Virus record (IMG/VR): IMGVR_UViG_3300034024_000020
Location: 32,001-96,000 of that record
Source of the DNA: a virus
Direction: 5' to 3' (one strand)
Length of the DNA stretch: 64,000 bases
Under the pieces are notes generated by a model. That model did no database searches. It was not told where the DNA came from and saw nothing but the letters and a program-made list of their open reading frames with translations. The position numbers and the translations under genes are program-made. Each line of letters begins with the position of its first letter. Position 1 is the stretch's first letter. Of this stretch, positions 32,754 to 43,499 are shown one piece after another.

Positions 32754-33327
32754 TGGAAGTTGGCTTGAAGCGGTCAGGTCCCACATACGTAAGTACGAGG
32801 GTAACCTCTCACGTGAGGGTTACGACAATCATAAGACACTAAGGGATTCTTTAGATCCGCGGAATGCAGAAACGGCGCAGGTTCATGGCCGTAATGTACT
32901 GACTACACTTTGGCAAAAATTCCTCTGGAATACAGAGGTAGAAGAAAGGATGTTAGAAACACAAGATGGGGCCTTCGTACACTCGTGTCACACCCGTTTT
33001 GGTAGAACTTTGTTGTCTAGCTATGGCAATAACGATGGCTACGGTCATCATATTGACATTGATCTCGATTGCATCGTTACTGCTGTCCTAATGCTAAAGT
33101 TGACGGATTTCCCCACTTTCACCGGTGGGGATTTTCTTCTAGAAGATAAGGTAATACCTTTTGAAAACAACAAACTAATTATGTTCCCTTCATGTACTAT
33201 GCACGGTGTATCACCTGTAGAAATGACGGAACGCGACGTCTTTGAGAATAGAAGATTTAGTCTACAGTACTTCATCTCGTCTCTGACGCCGAGAACGAGA
33301 TTTCCTGATGAAAGCAATGCTCAGTAA
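32722..33327 (+). CDS. 2OG-Fe(II) oxygenase
   Basis: HID...FTGG...FPS..HGV...R. Confidence 0.85.
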   Translation: MQYMVINNFLNGSWLEAVRSHIRKYEGNLSREGYDNHKTLRDSLDPRNAETAQVHGRNVLTTLWQKFLWNTEVEERMLETQDGAFVHSCHTRFGRTLLSSYGNNDGYGHHIDIDLDCIVTAVLMLKLTDFPTFTGGDFLLEDKVIPFENNKLIMFPSCTMHGVSPVEMTERDVFENRRFSLQYFISSLTPRTRFPDESNAQ

Positions 33328-34582
33328 CAGGATTTATCTTGACGTTACGCCTGATCTAGCAAAACTTTTGAAGGCTGAACTAACGTATAAGATACCTAAT
33401 CCTGGTAACCCCGACGAACCTATTATAATGCGGACGTACGGCGTTATTAGTGATAACGTAATGTCCTTACCTATCGGAAGAACGGATTTAATTCCTGATG
33501 ATTACCGAATTGTTGACAAGCGAATCCTTGCTCCCGCAGATTTCCCCGACTTTGATGGCACTTTACGAGACTCGCAGCAAGAGATTTGGGACCACATCGA
33601 AGATAATTGTATTATCAACGCCAAAGTATCGTGGGGAAAAACTTTTGCAGCTTTGGCTATCGCAGGAAAACTAGGGCAAAAGACGCTTATTATAACTCAC
33701 ACTGTTCCTCTTAGAAACCAATGGGCGAAACAAATTGAAAAAGTTTACGGAATCTCTCCAGGAGTTATTGGCTCGTCTCGTTTTAATGTGGATGGCCCTA
33801 TTGTTGTTGGGAATGTACAGTCTCTTTATGGCTGTATGGATCGTGTGGGCAAGCTTTTCGGGACAATCATTCTTGACGAAATGCATCACGTATCTGCTCC
33901 AACTTTCTCAAAAGTTGTCGACAGAAGTTATGCTCGCTATAAAATTGGACTCAGCGGCACTATCAGAAGAAAAGACGGAAAACATGTCGTTTTCACCGAT
34001 TATTTCGGAACCAAAATTTATCAACCCCCAACAGAGAACTCTATGAAACCAAAAGTACACGTTATTAATACAGGAATTAGTCTTCCTGACGGTCAATCCT
34101 TGGGCTGGGCAGCTAAGATTACCATGCTACAAGAATCGATCATATATCGTGAATTAGTACGAAATCTAGCACAAAGATACGCTATAGTAGGCCATAAGGT
34201 CCTAGTAGTATCTGACAGAGTAGAATTTCTACAGACTTGCGCTAAGGCTAACGGTGGTGCTTGCATTACTGGGAAAAATCCTGACGAAAGAGAAAGACTC
34301 TTTAAGGAAATTGAAGAAGGCAAATACAGTGAAATTTGGGCTACTCAGTCCATTTTCTCAGAAGGAATGTCTTATGATCCTCTAAGTTGTCTAATCCTAG
34401 GTACACCTGTCAACAACGAGCCTCTTTTAGAACAGCTAATTGGCCGTATTCAAAGAATCGTTAAAGACAAAGTACAACCTATTGTAGTCGATCTAAGACT
34501 TCGTGGGAACACTGCCGAAAAGCAATTCCAAGCTAGACTAGGTCACTATATCCGTCAAGGATACGAAGTAGAGTACATATAA
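33308..34582 (+). CDS. SF2 helicase (T5 D10/UvsW-like)
   Basis: WGKT, DEMHH, GLSGT, QLIGRIQR. Confidence 0.9.
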   Translation: MKAMLSNRIYLDVTPDLAKLLKAELTYKIPNPGNPDEPIIMRTYGVISDNVMSLPIGRTDLIPDDYRIVDKRILAPADFPDFDGTLRDSQQEIWDHIEDNCIINAKVSWGKTFAALAIAGKLGQKTLIITHTVPLRNQWAKQIEKVYGISPGVIGSSRFNVDGPIVVGNVQSLYGCMDRVGKLFGTIILDEMHHVSAPTFSKVVDRSYARYKIGLSGTIRRKDGKHVVFTDYFGTKIYQPPTENSMKPKVHVINTGISLPDGQSLGWAAKITMLQESIIYRELVRNLAQRYAIVGHKVLVVSDRVEFLQTCAKANGGACITGKNPDERERLFKEIEEGKYSEIWATQSIFSEGMSYDPLSCLILGTPVNNEPLLEQLIGRIQRIVKDKVQPIVVDLRLRGNTAEKQFQARLGHYIRQGYEVEYI

Positions 34583-34585
34583 AAT

Positions 34586-34619
34586 AGTTCTTGACAAATG
34601 CCCTCAACGGTGGTATAAT
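34586..34619 (+). promoter_or_regulatory. phage sigma70-type promoter
   Basis: TTGACA(34591)-N17-TATAAT(34614). Confidence 0.8.
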
Positions 34620-35013
34620 GCTTAGATACAGTTGGAAGAAGATACATCGTTTTACTGGCGGAAGCTCCAAAAGGATCGTTCACGTCATGGAAGCGCTTGT
34701 TCTTGACAGACCACCAAATAATTGGTATGATGTTAGGTACGAAGCGTATTACAAAGATTTCAGCGGGCAAAGCTTTCTCATTAACCCTTATACACTGGTT
34801 GCAGAAAGAAACCGTTGGAAATATAAGGAAGTCGCTCAATACGTAGCGTTGGCGAGTTTCCGAAGTTATGCGTATTATGCTACAACACAAGACAAAAGTC
34901 TAGACCTTCTACACAGCCCTGTGGCGGAGGACATTATCAACCAAAATAGACTACTTAGCATAAAGGATGGCAGAGTCCATTTCCGATATGAAGAAGTCAC
35001 TAGGAGAACATAG
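34618..35013 (+). CDS. hypothetical protein
   Basis: ATG 34618; between D10 and D11. Confidence 0.65.
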   Translation: MLRYSWKKIHRFTGGSSKRIVHVMEALVLDRPPNNWYDVRYEAYYKDFSGQSFLINPYTLVAERNRWKYKEVAQYVALASFRSYAYYATTQDKSLDLLHSPVAEDIINQNRLLSIKDGRVHFRYEEVTRRT

Positions 35014-35016
35014 AAT

Positions 35017-35646
35017 ATGAAATTTGCAGACTCAACAGGTGAAGCCCAGAAGAACCGCGCAGACGGTTATGAATTCAAGATGGGTGAGAATCGCCTTAGA
35101 ATGGTCGGAGACCTTCTAGCGCGTTATGTTTACTGGATCAAGGGCGAAAACAACAAGAACATTCCTTTCGAATGTCTTGCGTTCGACCGTGTAGAGGAAA
35201 AGTTCACCAACATTGAGACCGATCACGTCAAGACTTTCTACCCAGATCAGAAGTGCAGTTGGGCTTACGCAGTCCAGGCTATTGATCTTGACAGCGGCAA
35301 GCTTGTTATCTTCAACCTGAAGAAGAAGCTTATGGGTCAGATTCTTGACAACATTAAGGAACTTGGTGACCCGACAGATCCTGATACCGGTTGGGATATT
35401 GTCTTCGAGAAGAAGAAGACCGGACCGCTTCCTATCAACGTCGAGTACAAGCTCAAGGAGCGTGCTCTTAAGAATCGTCCTCTAACAGACGAAGAGCGTC
35501 AGCTTATCGCTGAGCTTAAGAGCATGGATGAGGTGCTTCCGCGCCCAACTCCAGAACAGCAAAAGAAACTCCTCGAGAAGATTAACTCTGGTTCAAGTGA
35601 GAACGTGGACGAGTCGGTAGGAGACGAGTTCAATGTAGAAGGATAA
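35017..35646 (+). CDS. T5 D11-like ssDNA-binding protein
   Basis: acidic C-terminus; synteny. Confidence 0.78.
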   Translation: MKFADSTGEAQKNRADGYEFKMGENRLRMVGDLLARYVYWIKGENNKNIPFECLAFDRVEEKFTNIETDHVKTFYPDQKCSWAYAVQAIDLDSGKLVIFNLKKKLMGQILDNIKELGDPTDPDTGWDIVFEKKKTGPLPINVEYKLKERALKNRPLTDEERQLIAELKSMDEVLPRPTPEQQKKLLEKINSGSSENVDESVGDEFNVEG

Positions 35647-36215
35647 TGATTCACTACCTCTATTTAATCACAAGATTAGATGGTGAACGCTATGTGGGGG
35701 TCACAAAAGACCCCCACAGACGCGGTTGGCAGCATAGGAATGGTTACGGAAGTTCGGAGCTAAAAGGCCAAGATTTTACTTTAGAAATCTTGGAAGAGGG
35801 AGAAGAATCCTTTATTTACTTACTAGAAGATGCTGCGATTAAAGCTTATAAATGTAGTTTGAACAAGGTAGTCGGAGGCAAGTTCGGCCATGGCTTACAA
35901 GGTATTGCTAATGGTAGGGCTAAGCTTACAGAAGCCGATGTATACTTGATCAAATGTTTAGCTGCAAAAAAGATTCCTCAAAAAGAAATAGCCGAAAGAT
36001 TCGGAGTAAGTAGACAAACTATAGGAGGTATAGCTACAGGTGCTAATTGGAAGCACGTGAAGGGCCCTATTACCTATGGTCGTTCTTGTGTGCCTGAAGA
36101 ATTAAGGTGCCAATTAAAATACCTAAAAGAAAAAGGTATGAATGCCGCTGAAATAGCGAGACATACTGGATTAAAGTACACTACTGTTTACAGTCACGTA
36201 CGGGAGATAGAATGA
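35646..36215 (+). CDS. free-standing GIY-YIG homing endonuclease with HTH
   Basis: YLY...YVGVT..P.RR..QH; AKLTE..V, IAERFGVS. Confidence 0.78.
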   Translation: MIHYLYLITRLDGERYVGVTKDPHRRGWQHRNGYGSSELKGQDFTLEILEEGEESFIYLLEDAAIKAYKCSLNKVVGGKFGHGLQGIANGRAKLTEADVYLIKCLAAKKIPQKEIAERFGVSRQTIGGIATGANWKHVKGPITYGRSCVPEELRCQLKYLKEKGMNAAEIARHTGLKYTTVYSHVREIE

Positions 36216-37159
36216 TATTATTTACGGCGGATTTACATTTAAAACTAGGGCAAAAAAATGTACCTGTAGACTGGGCATTAAACCGTTATAGAATGTTTTT
36301 CAAACAAATCTATAACATTGAAAAAGAATGTGACCTTCATATTATGGGAGGCGATATTTTTGACAAGCTTCCTAGTATGGAAGAATTGGAGTTATTCTTT
36401 GAATTTGTTAGCGGAATGCAAATACGTACCTTAATGTACGCAGGAAACCATGAGGCAACAAAAAAAGGTAAAACCTTTCTTTCTAATCTTAAAACTGCTG
36501 TTAATAAAATCAACCCCCTAGTTCATATCATTGATGAGATTTATGAGGAAGACAAGTTTAGTGTCGTGCCTTATGAGTTCATTAAGGTACCGGGGGTTTG
36601 GGATAAGTTAGATAAGACTAAGCCTGTTTTCACCCATATTAGAGGAGAAATTCCTCCTCACGTAGTACCGGAGATAAACCTTGACCTTGTTGCTGATTTT
36701 CCTGTCGTTTACCTCGGCGATCTCCACAGCCATTCTAATTGCCAACGGAATCTCGTGTACCCAGGGTCACCTATGGTTACCTCGTTTCACAGATCACGTG
36801 TGGAAACTGGCTATATTATTATTGACGGAGATGATCTCACTAATTGGAGTTGGTATACTTTTGAGTTACCACAGTTAATTCGTAAGACCGTAAAAAATCC
36901 TGAAGAAATGGTTCCAGGTAACTATGATCACGTTATCTACGAATTAGAGGGAAATATCTCTGATTTGAGCAAAGTTGAGTCGTCCGACCTTCTGGACAAA
37001 AAGATTACGCGACGAAAAACAGATACTGCGCTGTATTTAGACAGTAGTATGTCAATTTCTGATGAATTAGCCGAATATTTGACTTATATTCTAGAGCTTG
37101 AAGATGCCCAAGTAAAAAAGGCAGTAGGAGTATTTAATGATTACGCCACTTCTGCTTGA
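36212..37159 (+). CDS. SbcD/Mre11-like nuclease (D12)
   Basis: DLH, GDIFD, GNHE, GDLH, YPGSP. Confidence 0.9.
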   Translation: MILFTADLHLKLGQKNVPVDWALNRYRMFFKQIYNIEKECDLHIMGGDIFDKLPSMEELELFFEFVSGMQIRTLMYAGNHEATKKGKTFLSNLKTAVNKINPLVHIIDEIYEEDKFSVVPYEFIKVPGVWDKLDKTKPVFTHIRGEIPPHVVPEINLDLVADFPVVYLGDLHSHSNCQRNLVYPGSPMVTSFHRSRVETGYIIIDGDDLTNWSWYTFELPQLIRKTVKNPEEMVPGNYDHVIYELEGNISDLSKVESSDLLDKKITRRKTDTALYLDSSMSISDELAEYLTYILELEDAQVKKAVGVFNDYATSA

Positions 37160-38936
37160 ATGGGATAACATGTTCAGCTATGGCGAGAGAAATCGCTTAG
37201 TATTGAACGAAAACAGGGTTACACAGATTCTCGGAGTGAATGGCAATGGAAAATCCTCCATTCCACTCATTCTAGAAGAGGTGGTCTTCAATAAGAACTC
37301 AAAAGGCATTAAAAAGGGCTCAATTCCTAACCGATATATAGGGAAAGGGTATTGGGTTAGACTTACTTTCGACAAGGATGGCGACCGTTATGTCATTGAA
37401 GTTGATAGAAAGACCAATATCAAGGTAAAATTCAGCAAAAACGACGTAGATTTGTCTAGCCACACGGCTACAGAGACCTTTAAGAGCATTGAGCGGGTAT
37501 GGGGTCTCGACCAGAAGACGTCATCACAGTTAATTTACCAAAATCCACATAACAGTCTCCAATTCCTCACAGCTACGGACACTAACAGGAAGAAGTTCTT
37601 AATTGAGTTACTTCAATTAGAGGAATATGTGCAGCTTTTTGAGCTTTTCAAAGAGGCTGTAAAGGATCATGGAGCCGTAGTTAGTTCTATTGAAGCCCAA
37701 ATTGGCACTGTTGAACGCTGGTTAAGTCAGAACAGGCTAGAAGATACGGAGCCTCTGGTTGCAAAAGCAGTAGATGTTGATGTTTACGCGGAAGAAAAAC
37801 GTCATGCCGAATTAAGCAGTGAACTTGGAAATATCAAAAAGAATAACAGTAAGATTTCCAAGAACAATCACTATAGAAATCTTCTAAAGCAGGTAGATAT
37901 AGAAGCCATTCAATCTATAGAAGTCGAAGAACCTCGCTCTTATGACGAAGAGCAAAGTGAATTAGGCGGACTTCGTGCTCAACTTAAAGCACATGAAGCT
38001 CATTACAATAAACTAGCTAAATTGGGGGATGTTTGTCCTACTTGTGAGCAAAGTATTGATCCTCACTCTAAGAAAAAGATGCTTGGTGAAGAAGAACGTA
38101 CTGTTAAAAGTCTAAGTTTTAAGGTTCTAGAAATAGAGCAATTGATTGAAAAGATCAAGAAAAACAATCATGAGCATAAAGAAAAAGAAGATGCCATAAA
38201 GAATTGGGAAGAATTACTAAGATCAGTAGATTCTAGCCTTCCAAGTGAACCTATTCACAAAGAAGATTTAGAGGCAGAACTTAGTAACCTATCAATTAGG
38301 ATTTCTAATGCTAGGCAGAAACTGAAAGAGATTACTGAACATAACGAAAAGGTGGCAAGTCACAATTCTCGTATTCAAGTAATTTTAGAACAATCAGCTA
38401 AGTTTGAAAAAGAGCTAAAAGAGAGAAATGAGGAACTAGAAATTGAGAGAGATCATCTCTCTACTCTAGACCTTCTTAAGAAATCTTTCAGCACTAATGG
38501 TCTTGTTGCTTATAAGATCGAGAATCTAGTAAAAGATTTGGAAGATTTGACCAATGACTACCTCGCGGAACTCAGTGATGGAAGGTTTACGATTGATTTT
38601 AGCGTTGTTAGCGATAAGCTTAACGTCAATATTACTGATAACGGCTACACTATTGATATCGGTGAGCTTAGTACTGGGGAGCTTGGGCGGGTTAATACTG
38701 CTACCCTTCTTGCTCTCAGAAAACTTATGTCCAGCATTTCTAAAAGCAAAATTAGCATCCTCTTCCTAGATGAGGTAATGAGCGTGCTAGACGATTCTGG
38801 TAAAGAAAAGTTAGTAGAGATTCTTCTAGAGGAAGATCTGTACACTTACGTTGTAAGTCATGGGTGGACTCATCCCTTACTTAATAAGCTAGAAATCGTC
38901 AAAGAGAATAATATCTCAAGGATTGAACCATCATGA
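37137..38936 (+). CDS. SbcC/Rad50-like ATPase (D13)
   Basis: GVNGNGKS, CPTC hook, LSTGE, FLDE. Confidence 0.92.
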   Translation: MITPLLLEWDNMFSYGERNRLVLNENRVTQILGVNGNGKSSIPLILEEVVFNKNSKGIKKGSIPNRYIGKGYWVRLTFDKDGDRYVIEVDRKTNIKVKFSKNDVDLSSHTATETFKSIERVWGLDQKTSSQLIYQNPHNSLQFLTATDTNRKKFLIELLQLEEYVQLFELFKEAVKDHGAVVSSIEAQIGTVERWLSQNRLEDTEPLVAKAVDVDVYAEEKRHAELSSELGNIKKNNSKISKNNHYRNLLKQVDIEAIQSIEVEEPRSYDEEQSELGGLRAQLKAHEAHYNKLAKLGDVCPTCEQSIDPHSKKKMLGEEERTVKSLSFKVLEIEQLIEKIKKNNHEHKEKEDAIKNWEELLRSVDSSLPSEPIHKEDLEAELSNLSIRISNARQKLKEITEHNEKVASHNSRIQVILEQSAKFEKELKERNEELEIERDHLSTLDLLKKSFSTNGLVAYKIENLVKDLEDLTNDYLAELSDGRFTIDFSVVSDKLNVNITDNGYTIDIGELSTGELGRVNTATLLALRKLMSSISKSKISILFLDEVMSVLDDSGKEKLVEILLEEDLYTYVVSHGWTHPLLNKLEIVKENNISRIEPS

Positions 38937-39101
38937 TTATGGATAGAGGAATAGACTATAACAAGCATTGCTTTGTGTACTGCGGGGATGACATGTGTAA
39001 TTGCCAAGCCGGACCTAGAGGCCGACAATTATACTACGAAAGAGAACTTCGTAGACGGGGCCATAATCTAGAAATTTGGAACAAAGAATGGATACCGCCA
39101 G

Positions 39102-39539
39102 GTGGTTGATTCTAGAGCTAAAGGTCAGCGTGGTGAATACGCTGTTAGAGATTTACTGAGAAAGTACTCGGGGCTGGCATTCGAAAGAGTGCCAGCCTCT
39201 GGTGCCTTGAGCTACCTTAAAGGAGATCTTTATGTTCCTCAAGTCCAAAATCAACATTGTATTGAGGTAAAGAATTACAAAGACTCACACATTAACGACA
39301 AGATTCTTACTAGTAAGACTAACAAAATCGTCGAATGGTGGAGTAAAATCGAACAACAAGCGTTCGATAACGACATGGAACCTCTCCTATTTGTAAAGTA
39401 CGACCGATCTAAGATCTTTGTCGTGTACGGAGAAAAACCAGCTAAGGTCAAAAATTATCTTTACATTTCCTCTCTAAACTGCTATATTATGTTAGCAGAA
39501 GAGTGGCTAAGCAAAGAGAAGATTAAATGGCTGAAATAA
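39102..39539 (+). CDS. Holliday junction resolvase-like (D14)
   Basis: KGQRGE, GD, EVK. Confidence 0.85.
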   Translation: MVDSRAKGQRGEYAVRDLLRKYSGLAFERVPASGALSYLKGDLYVPQVQNQHCIEVKNYKDSHINDKILTSKTNKIVEWWSKIEQQAFDNDMEPLLFVKYDRSKIFVVYGEKPAKVKNYLYISSLNCYIMLAEEWLSKEKIKWLK

Positions 39540-40051
39540 CTTATTCTATCTACTGTTTGTATACTGATGCTAATGAAATTTATATTGGTATGAGTAAAAA
39601 CCCTCGGCTACGTGTACACCAGCACAGATATAAAAGTTGTAATTACAGATTAAGAAAGTTAATGGAAAATCCGAATGTCGTGATCCATTCACAAATTTTA
39701 CATACTGATCTAAGCCGAGATGAAGCTGATAAATTAGAGAAAAGCTTAATACGAATATACAAAGCAGACCCAGAATACACGATTTTGAACATCCAATCTG
39801 GTGGGATTAGAGGAAACGCAAAAACCACAAAGTCCCAAGAAATTTCAAAAATCAAGAATTCAAAACATCACACTGATGATGACGTATTGAAAATGCGTCG
39901 TAAGTATTCTCAGTACAAATCAAAAATTGATCCTAAATGGGAGTGCTTGAAATACAATATGGGTTGGAAGTATTTTATGAACATATTAAAAGGTACCGCC
40001 AGACAGAAAGTGGCCGGACCAATATTAGGAAAGGACTACTTTAATGGTTAA
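39527..40051 (+). CDS. free-standing GIY-YIG homing endonuclease
   Basis: SIY...YIGMS..P..R..QH...E...LN. Confidence 0.78.
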   Translation: MAEITYSIYCLYTDANEIYIGMSKNPRLRVHQHRYKSCNYRLRKLMENPNVVIHSQILHTDLSRDEADKLEKSLIRIYKADPEYTILNIQSGGIRGNAKTTKSQEISKIKNSKHHTDDDVLKMRRKYSQYKSKIDPKWECLKYNMGWKYFMNILKGTARQKVAGPILGKDYFNG

Positions 40052-40880
40052 AATGAGTGACTATTTGACAGAACTACCAAGTGAGAACTTGATGGTCGTC
40101 GACGCTCTTAACTTAGCGTTTAGATGGAAGCATCAAGGTTCACTAGTGTTTGCTCAAGAGTATGCTAGGACCGTGGAGAGTTTGGCGCGCTCTTACAAAT
40201 GTGGCAAGATAGTTATTGCTGCAGATTGGGGTGGCAGTATGTACCGTCGGGAAATTTATCCCGAGTACAAGGCTAATAGAAAAGAACTGTATAAGGACGA
40301 TACCCCAGAACAGAAGGAATTCACAGAGAAATTCTTCAATGAGTATGAAGTAACTCTAGAGTTACTTGATAGTATGGGTTATGATGTTTTCCGTTATAAA
40401 GGAGTAGAGGCCGATGATATCGCAGCCTATCTTGTCAATCAACGGATTAACTTTGGATTCGATCAAATCTGGCTCATCTCTTCAGATAGGGACTGGGATT
40501 TGCTCATTGAGCCTAATGTCAGCAGATTTTCGTACGTCACTCGAAAAGAGCAGACCATTGATACGTGGGATAATCCTGTGCCTCCAGAACAATACCTATG
40601 CTACAAATGTATTATTGGTGACCCCGGAGATAATGTACCAGGTGTCTCCCTTATCGGCCCTAAGCGTGCCACTGCATTGCTGGAACAATATGGTTCAGCT
40701 TTCGATATATGTGATGCCATCCCACTGCCAGGAAAGCAGCAGTTCATACAAAATTTAAATGCAAGTAAAGATCAAATCCTGATGAATCACGAACTGATGG
40801 ATTTAAGAACTTACTGCGAGGAGGCCATTGGGCCACAAAATGTGCTAGATATTGCTCGTCGAATAACTGGTACAATTTAA
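40044..40880 (+). CDS. 5' flap endonuclease (D15)
   Basis: YKANR, EADD, SSDRD, GD..DNVPGV..IGPK.A. Confidence 0.93.
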   Translation: MVKMSDYLTELPSENLMVVDALNLAFRWKHQGSLVFAQEYARTVESLARSYKCGKIVIAADWGGSMYRREIYPEYKANRKELYKDDTPEQKEFTEKFFNEYEVTLELLDSMGYDVFRYKGVEADDIAAYLVNQRINFGFDQIWLISSDRDWDLLIEPNVSRFSYVTRKEQTIDTWDNPVPPEQYLCYKCIIGDPGDNVPGVSLIGPKRATALLEQYGSAFDICDAIPLPGKQQFIQNLNASKDQILMNHELMDLRTYCEEAIGPQNVLDIARRITGTI

Positions 40881-40889
40881 GGAGAATTA

Positions 40890-42779
40890 ATGAATCCATT
40901 TCCATCATATTATGAAGAGTTTATTTTTAAGAGCAGATATGCTCGATGGCTAGAAAGCGAGAAGAGAAGAGAGAACTGGGACGAAACTGTTAGCAGGCTA
41001 GTGGATTACTACCAACAGGCGGTTCACTTAGATGATGAGACAGCGGAGGAGATTTACGATGCGATTTATAACCTCGAAGTTATGCCATCCATGCGTGCCC
41101 TCATGTCAGCCGGTGCTGCCCTTGACCGTTGTCATGTCGCTGCTTATAATTGCGCTTATCTTCCTGTAGATAATAAGCGTAGTTTTGATGAAGCCATGTA
41201 CATCCTAATGTGCGGTACAGGTGTAGGCTTCAGCGTAGAAGAAAAGTACACACATCAACTGCCTATTGTAGCCGAAGAGCTAAAGCCAGTTGATACAACA
41301 ATTATAGTAGGTGACAGCAAGGAGGGCTGGGCTAATGCGTTTCGACAACTCATCTCCCTGTTATATGATGGTGACATACCAAAATGGGATGTTTCTGGTG
41401 TTAGGCCCGCTGGAGCCAGACTTAAAACATTTGGTGGCAGAGCTTCTGGACCAGAACCCCTGGTTGACCTCTTCAAGTTCACAATCGACCTCTTCAAGAA
41501 GGCCGCAGGTCGTCGTCTAACCACATTAGAGTGTCATGATCTTATGTGCAATATCGCGACAACAATTGTTGTCGGAGGTGTGCGCCGATCAGCACTTATT
41601 TCTTTGTCGGATGTTACGGATGACCGTATGCGTTCAGCTAAATCAGGCGAGTGGTGGAACTACCATAAGTACAGAAACGTAGCTAATATTAGCGCGGTTT
41701 ACAACAATAGACGTCCTGATATGGACCTCTTTACGAAAGAGTGGTTCTCACTCTATGCGAGTAAGTCTGGTGAAAGAGGAATCTTTAGTAGAGGAGCCGC
41801 TAAACGTATCGCCGCAAGAAATGGTCGACGTGATACCAATCATGATTTCGGCACAAACCCTTGCTCTGAGATTATTCTTAGACCATATCAATTCTGTAAT
41901 CTTACTGAGATCGTTGTACGACCCGATGATACTATCGAAACGTTAACACATAAGGCTAGAATAGCTTCCATTATTGGTACTATTCAGTCTATGTTCTCTA
42001 ATTTTACGTATCTACGTAAGATTTGGAAGCAGAATACCGAGGAAGAGAGATTACTCGGTGTGTCATTAACTGGCATTTGCGATAATGTCAATCTAGTAGG
42101 GAATGAACATGCACTTGAAGAAGTTCGCCGGGTGGTTGTTTCCACCAACAAGGAATGGGCTGAGATATTCGGTATTCCTCAGTCTGCTGCTACTACTTGT
42201 GTCAAGCCTAGTGGGACAGTCTCCCAGCTCGTTAATAGTAGTTCCGGCATGCATACTCGTTTCGCTGCTTACTATATCAGAACAGTTAGGGCAGATAATA
42301 AGGATCCTCTCACAGACTTCCTTAAGCAAGCAGGTATCTATAACGAACCAGACGTCATGAACCATGCTAATACCGTGTTCTTCTTCCCGATCAAGAGTCC
42401 AGATGCTTCAGTCACTAGAAATGATATGACAGCTATTCAGACGCTAGAAATGTGGAAGAAGTTGCAGGATCACTGGTGTGAACATAAGCCTAGTGTTACT
42501 ATCAACGTTCGAGAAGAAGAATGGATGGCAGTTGGCGCATGGGTTTATGAAAACTTCGATTCAATGTCGGGAGTTAGCTTCTTGCCATATGACGGTGGAA
42601 GTTATAGACAGGCTCCATATACCGAATGTACAAAGGAGGAATATGAAGAGTTTATGAAGAAGATGCCGGAGAGCATTGACTGGGAGGCTCTATCCAACTT
42701 TGAATTCGAAGATAATACAGTAGGTTCTCAATCAGCAGCATGTTCTGCTGGATCATGTGAAATCGTAGATCTTACATAA
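40890..42779 (+). CDS. nrdJ: class II (B12-dependent) ribonucleotide reductase
   Basis: GTGVGF, TNPCSE, CNLTE, VKPSGT, C-terminal CxxxxC; no small subunit nearby. Confidence 0.9.
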   Translation: MNPFPSYYEEFIFKSRYARWLESEKRRENWDETVSRLVDYYQQAVHLDDETAEEIYDAIYNLEVMPSMRALMSAGAALDRCHVAAYNCAYLPVDNKRSFDEAMYILMCGTGVGFSVEEKYTHQLPIVAEELKPVDTTIIVGDSKEGWANAFRQLISLLYDGDIPKWDVSGVRPAGARLKTFGGRASGPEPLVDLFKFTIDLFKKAAGRRLTTLECHDLMCNIATTIVVGGVRRSALISLSDVTDDRMRSAKSGEWWNYHKYRNVANISAVYNNRRPDMDLFTKEWFSLYASKSGERGIFSRGAAKRIAARNGRRDTNHDFGTNPCSEIILRPYQFCNLTEIVVRPDDTIETLTHKARIASIIGTIQSMFSNFTYLRKIWKQNTEEERLLGVSLTGICDNVNLVGNEHALEEVRRVVVSTNKEWAEIFGIPQSAATTCVKPSGTVSQLVNSSSGMHTRFAAYYIRTVRADNKDPLTDFLKQAGIYNEPDVMNHANTVFFFPIKSPDASVTRNDMTAIQTLEMWKKLQDHWCEHKPSVTINVREEEWMAVGAWVYENFDSMSGVSFLPYDGGSYRQAPYTECTKEEYEEFMKKMPESIDWEALSNFEFEDNTVGSQSAACSAGSCEIVDLT

Positions 42780-42818
42780 AAAGAAAGGGCGGCCCGGAAG
42801 GACCGCCCTTTTTTATTT
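42778..42818. terminator. bidirectional terminator between convergent blocks
   Basis: A run-GGGCGG/CCGCCC-T run. Confidence 0.85.
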
Positions 42819-43499
42819 CCACTTTCCCAGACTTAGTGCCTGTTGGAAGTTAACAGCATATTCTGCTATTAATCTAGCCTTATCCTGTCCATTAATGATA
42901 CGTCTAGCATCAGTGAATTGCTTCAAATCTGCCGTACCACTAGTAGGGAGATAGGTCTTACAACTTTTCCCTGTAAACCAACCCTCACCCATACCTGAAA
43001 TCATAATATCGCTAGCAATGCTGCAATCCATAGCAAGATCAGGATTGGATATGAGAGGCTTACCTAGTTTCTTTTCTGCTTTTGCATAATTGTTCTTCCA
43101 GGTAAGTTGAACATATCCACGTCCGCAATACTTAGCGCCATCTCCCGGACTAGTATTACCATTATCTTTCGCTAATTGAGGACGTGATCCCTGAATATCA
43201 TACATTTTAGTATAATAAGCAGTGCCACCATATTCTTTAACAGGTTGCATTGTATGAGCAGTTTCATGGTATGCTGTAGCTAAAGCATAAGCAGTCCAAG
43301 CTAGTGGCCATTTAGCTTTTGCACAAGCGCCTAATACAGCTTCACAACCATCAAACTCCTTAGGATCAAAGCTGGGGCCAAACATCTTTGATTTGCGAAG
43401 ATAATCATAGAATTTAGCTCCATCTTGTAATCCATTACTAAAGAGGGCCTGAGCCTCCTTAATAGGGTTTACTATTGTTTCTTCCCAAAATTTTGCCAT
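42813..43499 (-). CDS. endolysin, GH19 chitinase/lysozyme-like
   Basis: ATAYHET, GRGYVQLTW..NY, ARRIING. Confidence 0.9.
   Translation of the reverse strand: MAKFWEETIVNPIKEAQALFSNGLQDGAKFYDYLRKSKMFGPSFDPKEFDGCEAVLGACAKAKWPLAWTAYALATAYHETAHTMQPVKEYGGTAYYTKMYDIQGSRPQLAKDNGNTSPGDGAKYCGRGYVQLTWKNNYAKAEKKLGKPLISNPDLAMDCSIASDIMISGMGEGWFTGKSCKTYLPTSGTADLKQFTDARRIINGQDKARLIAEYAVNFQQALSLGKWK

Noticed and set aside
28695-42779. Inteins or introns in polymerase, helicase or RNR
   Set aside because: ORFs are continuous, of normal size and lack Hint motifs
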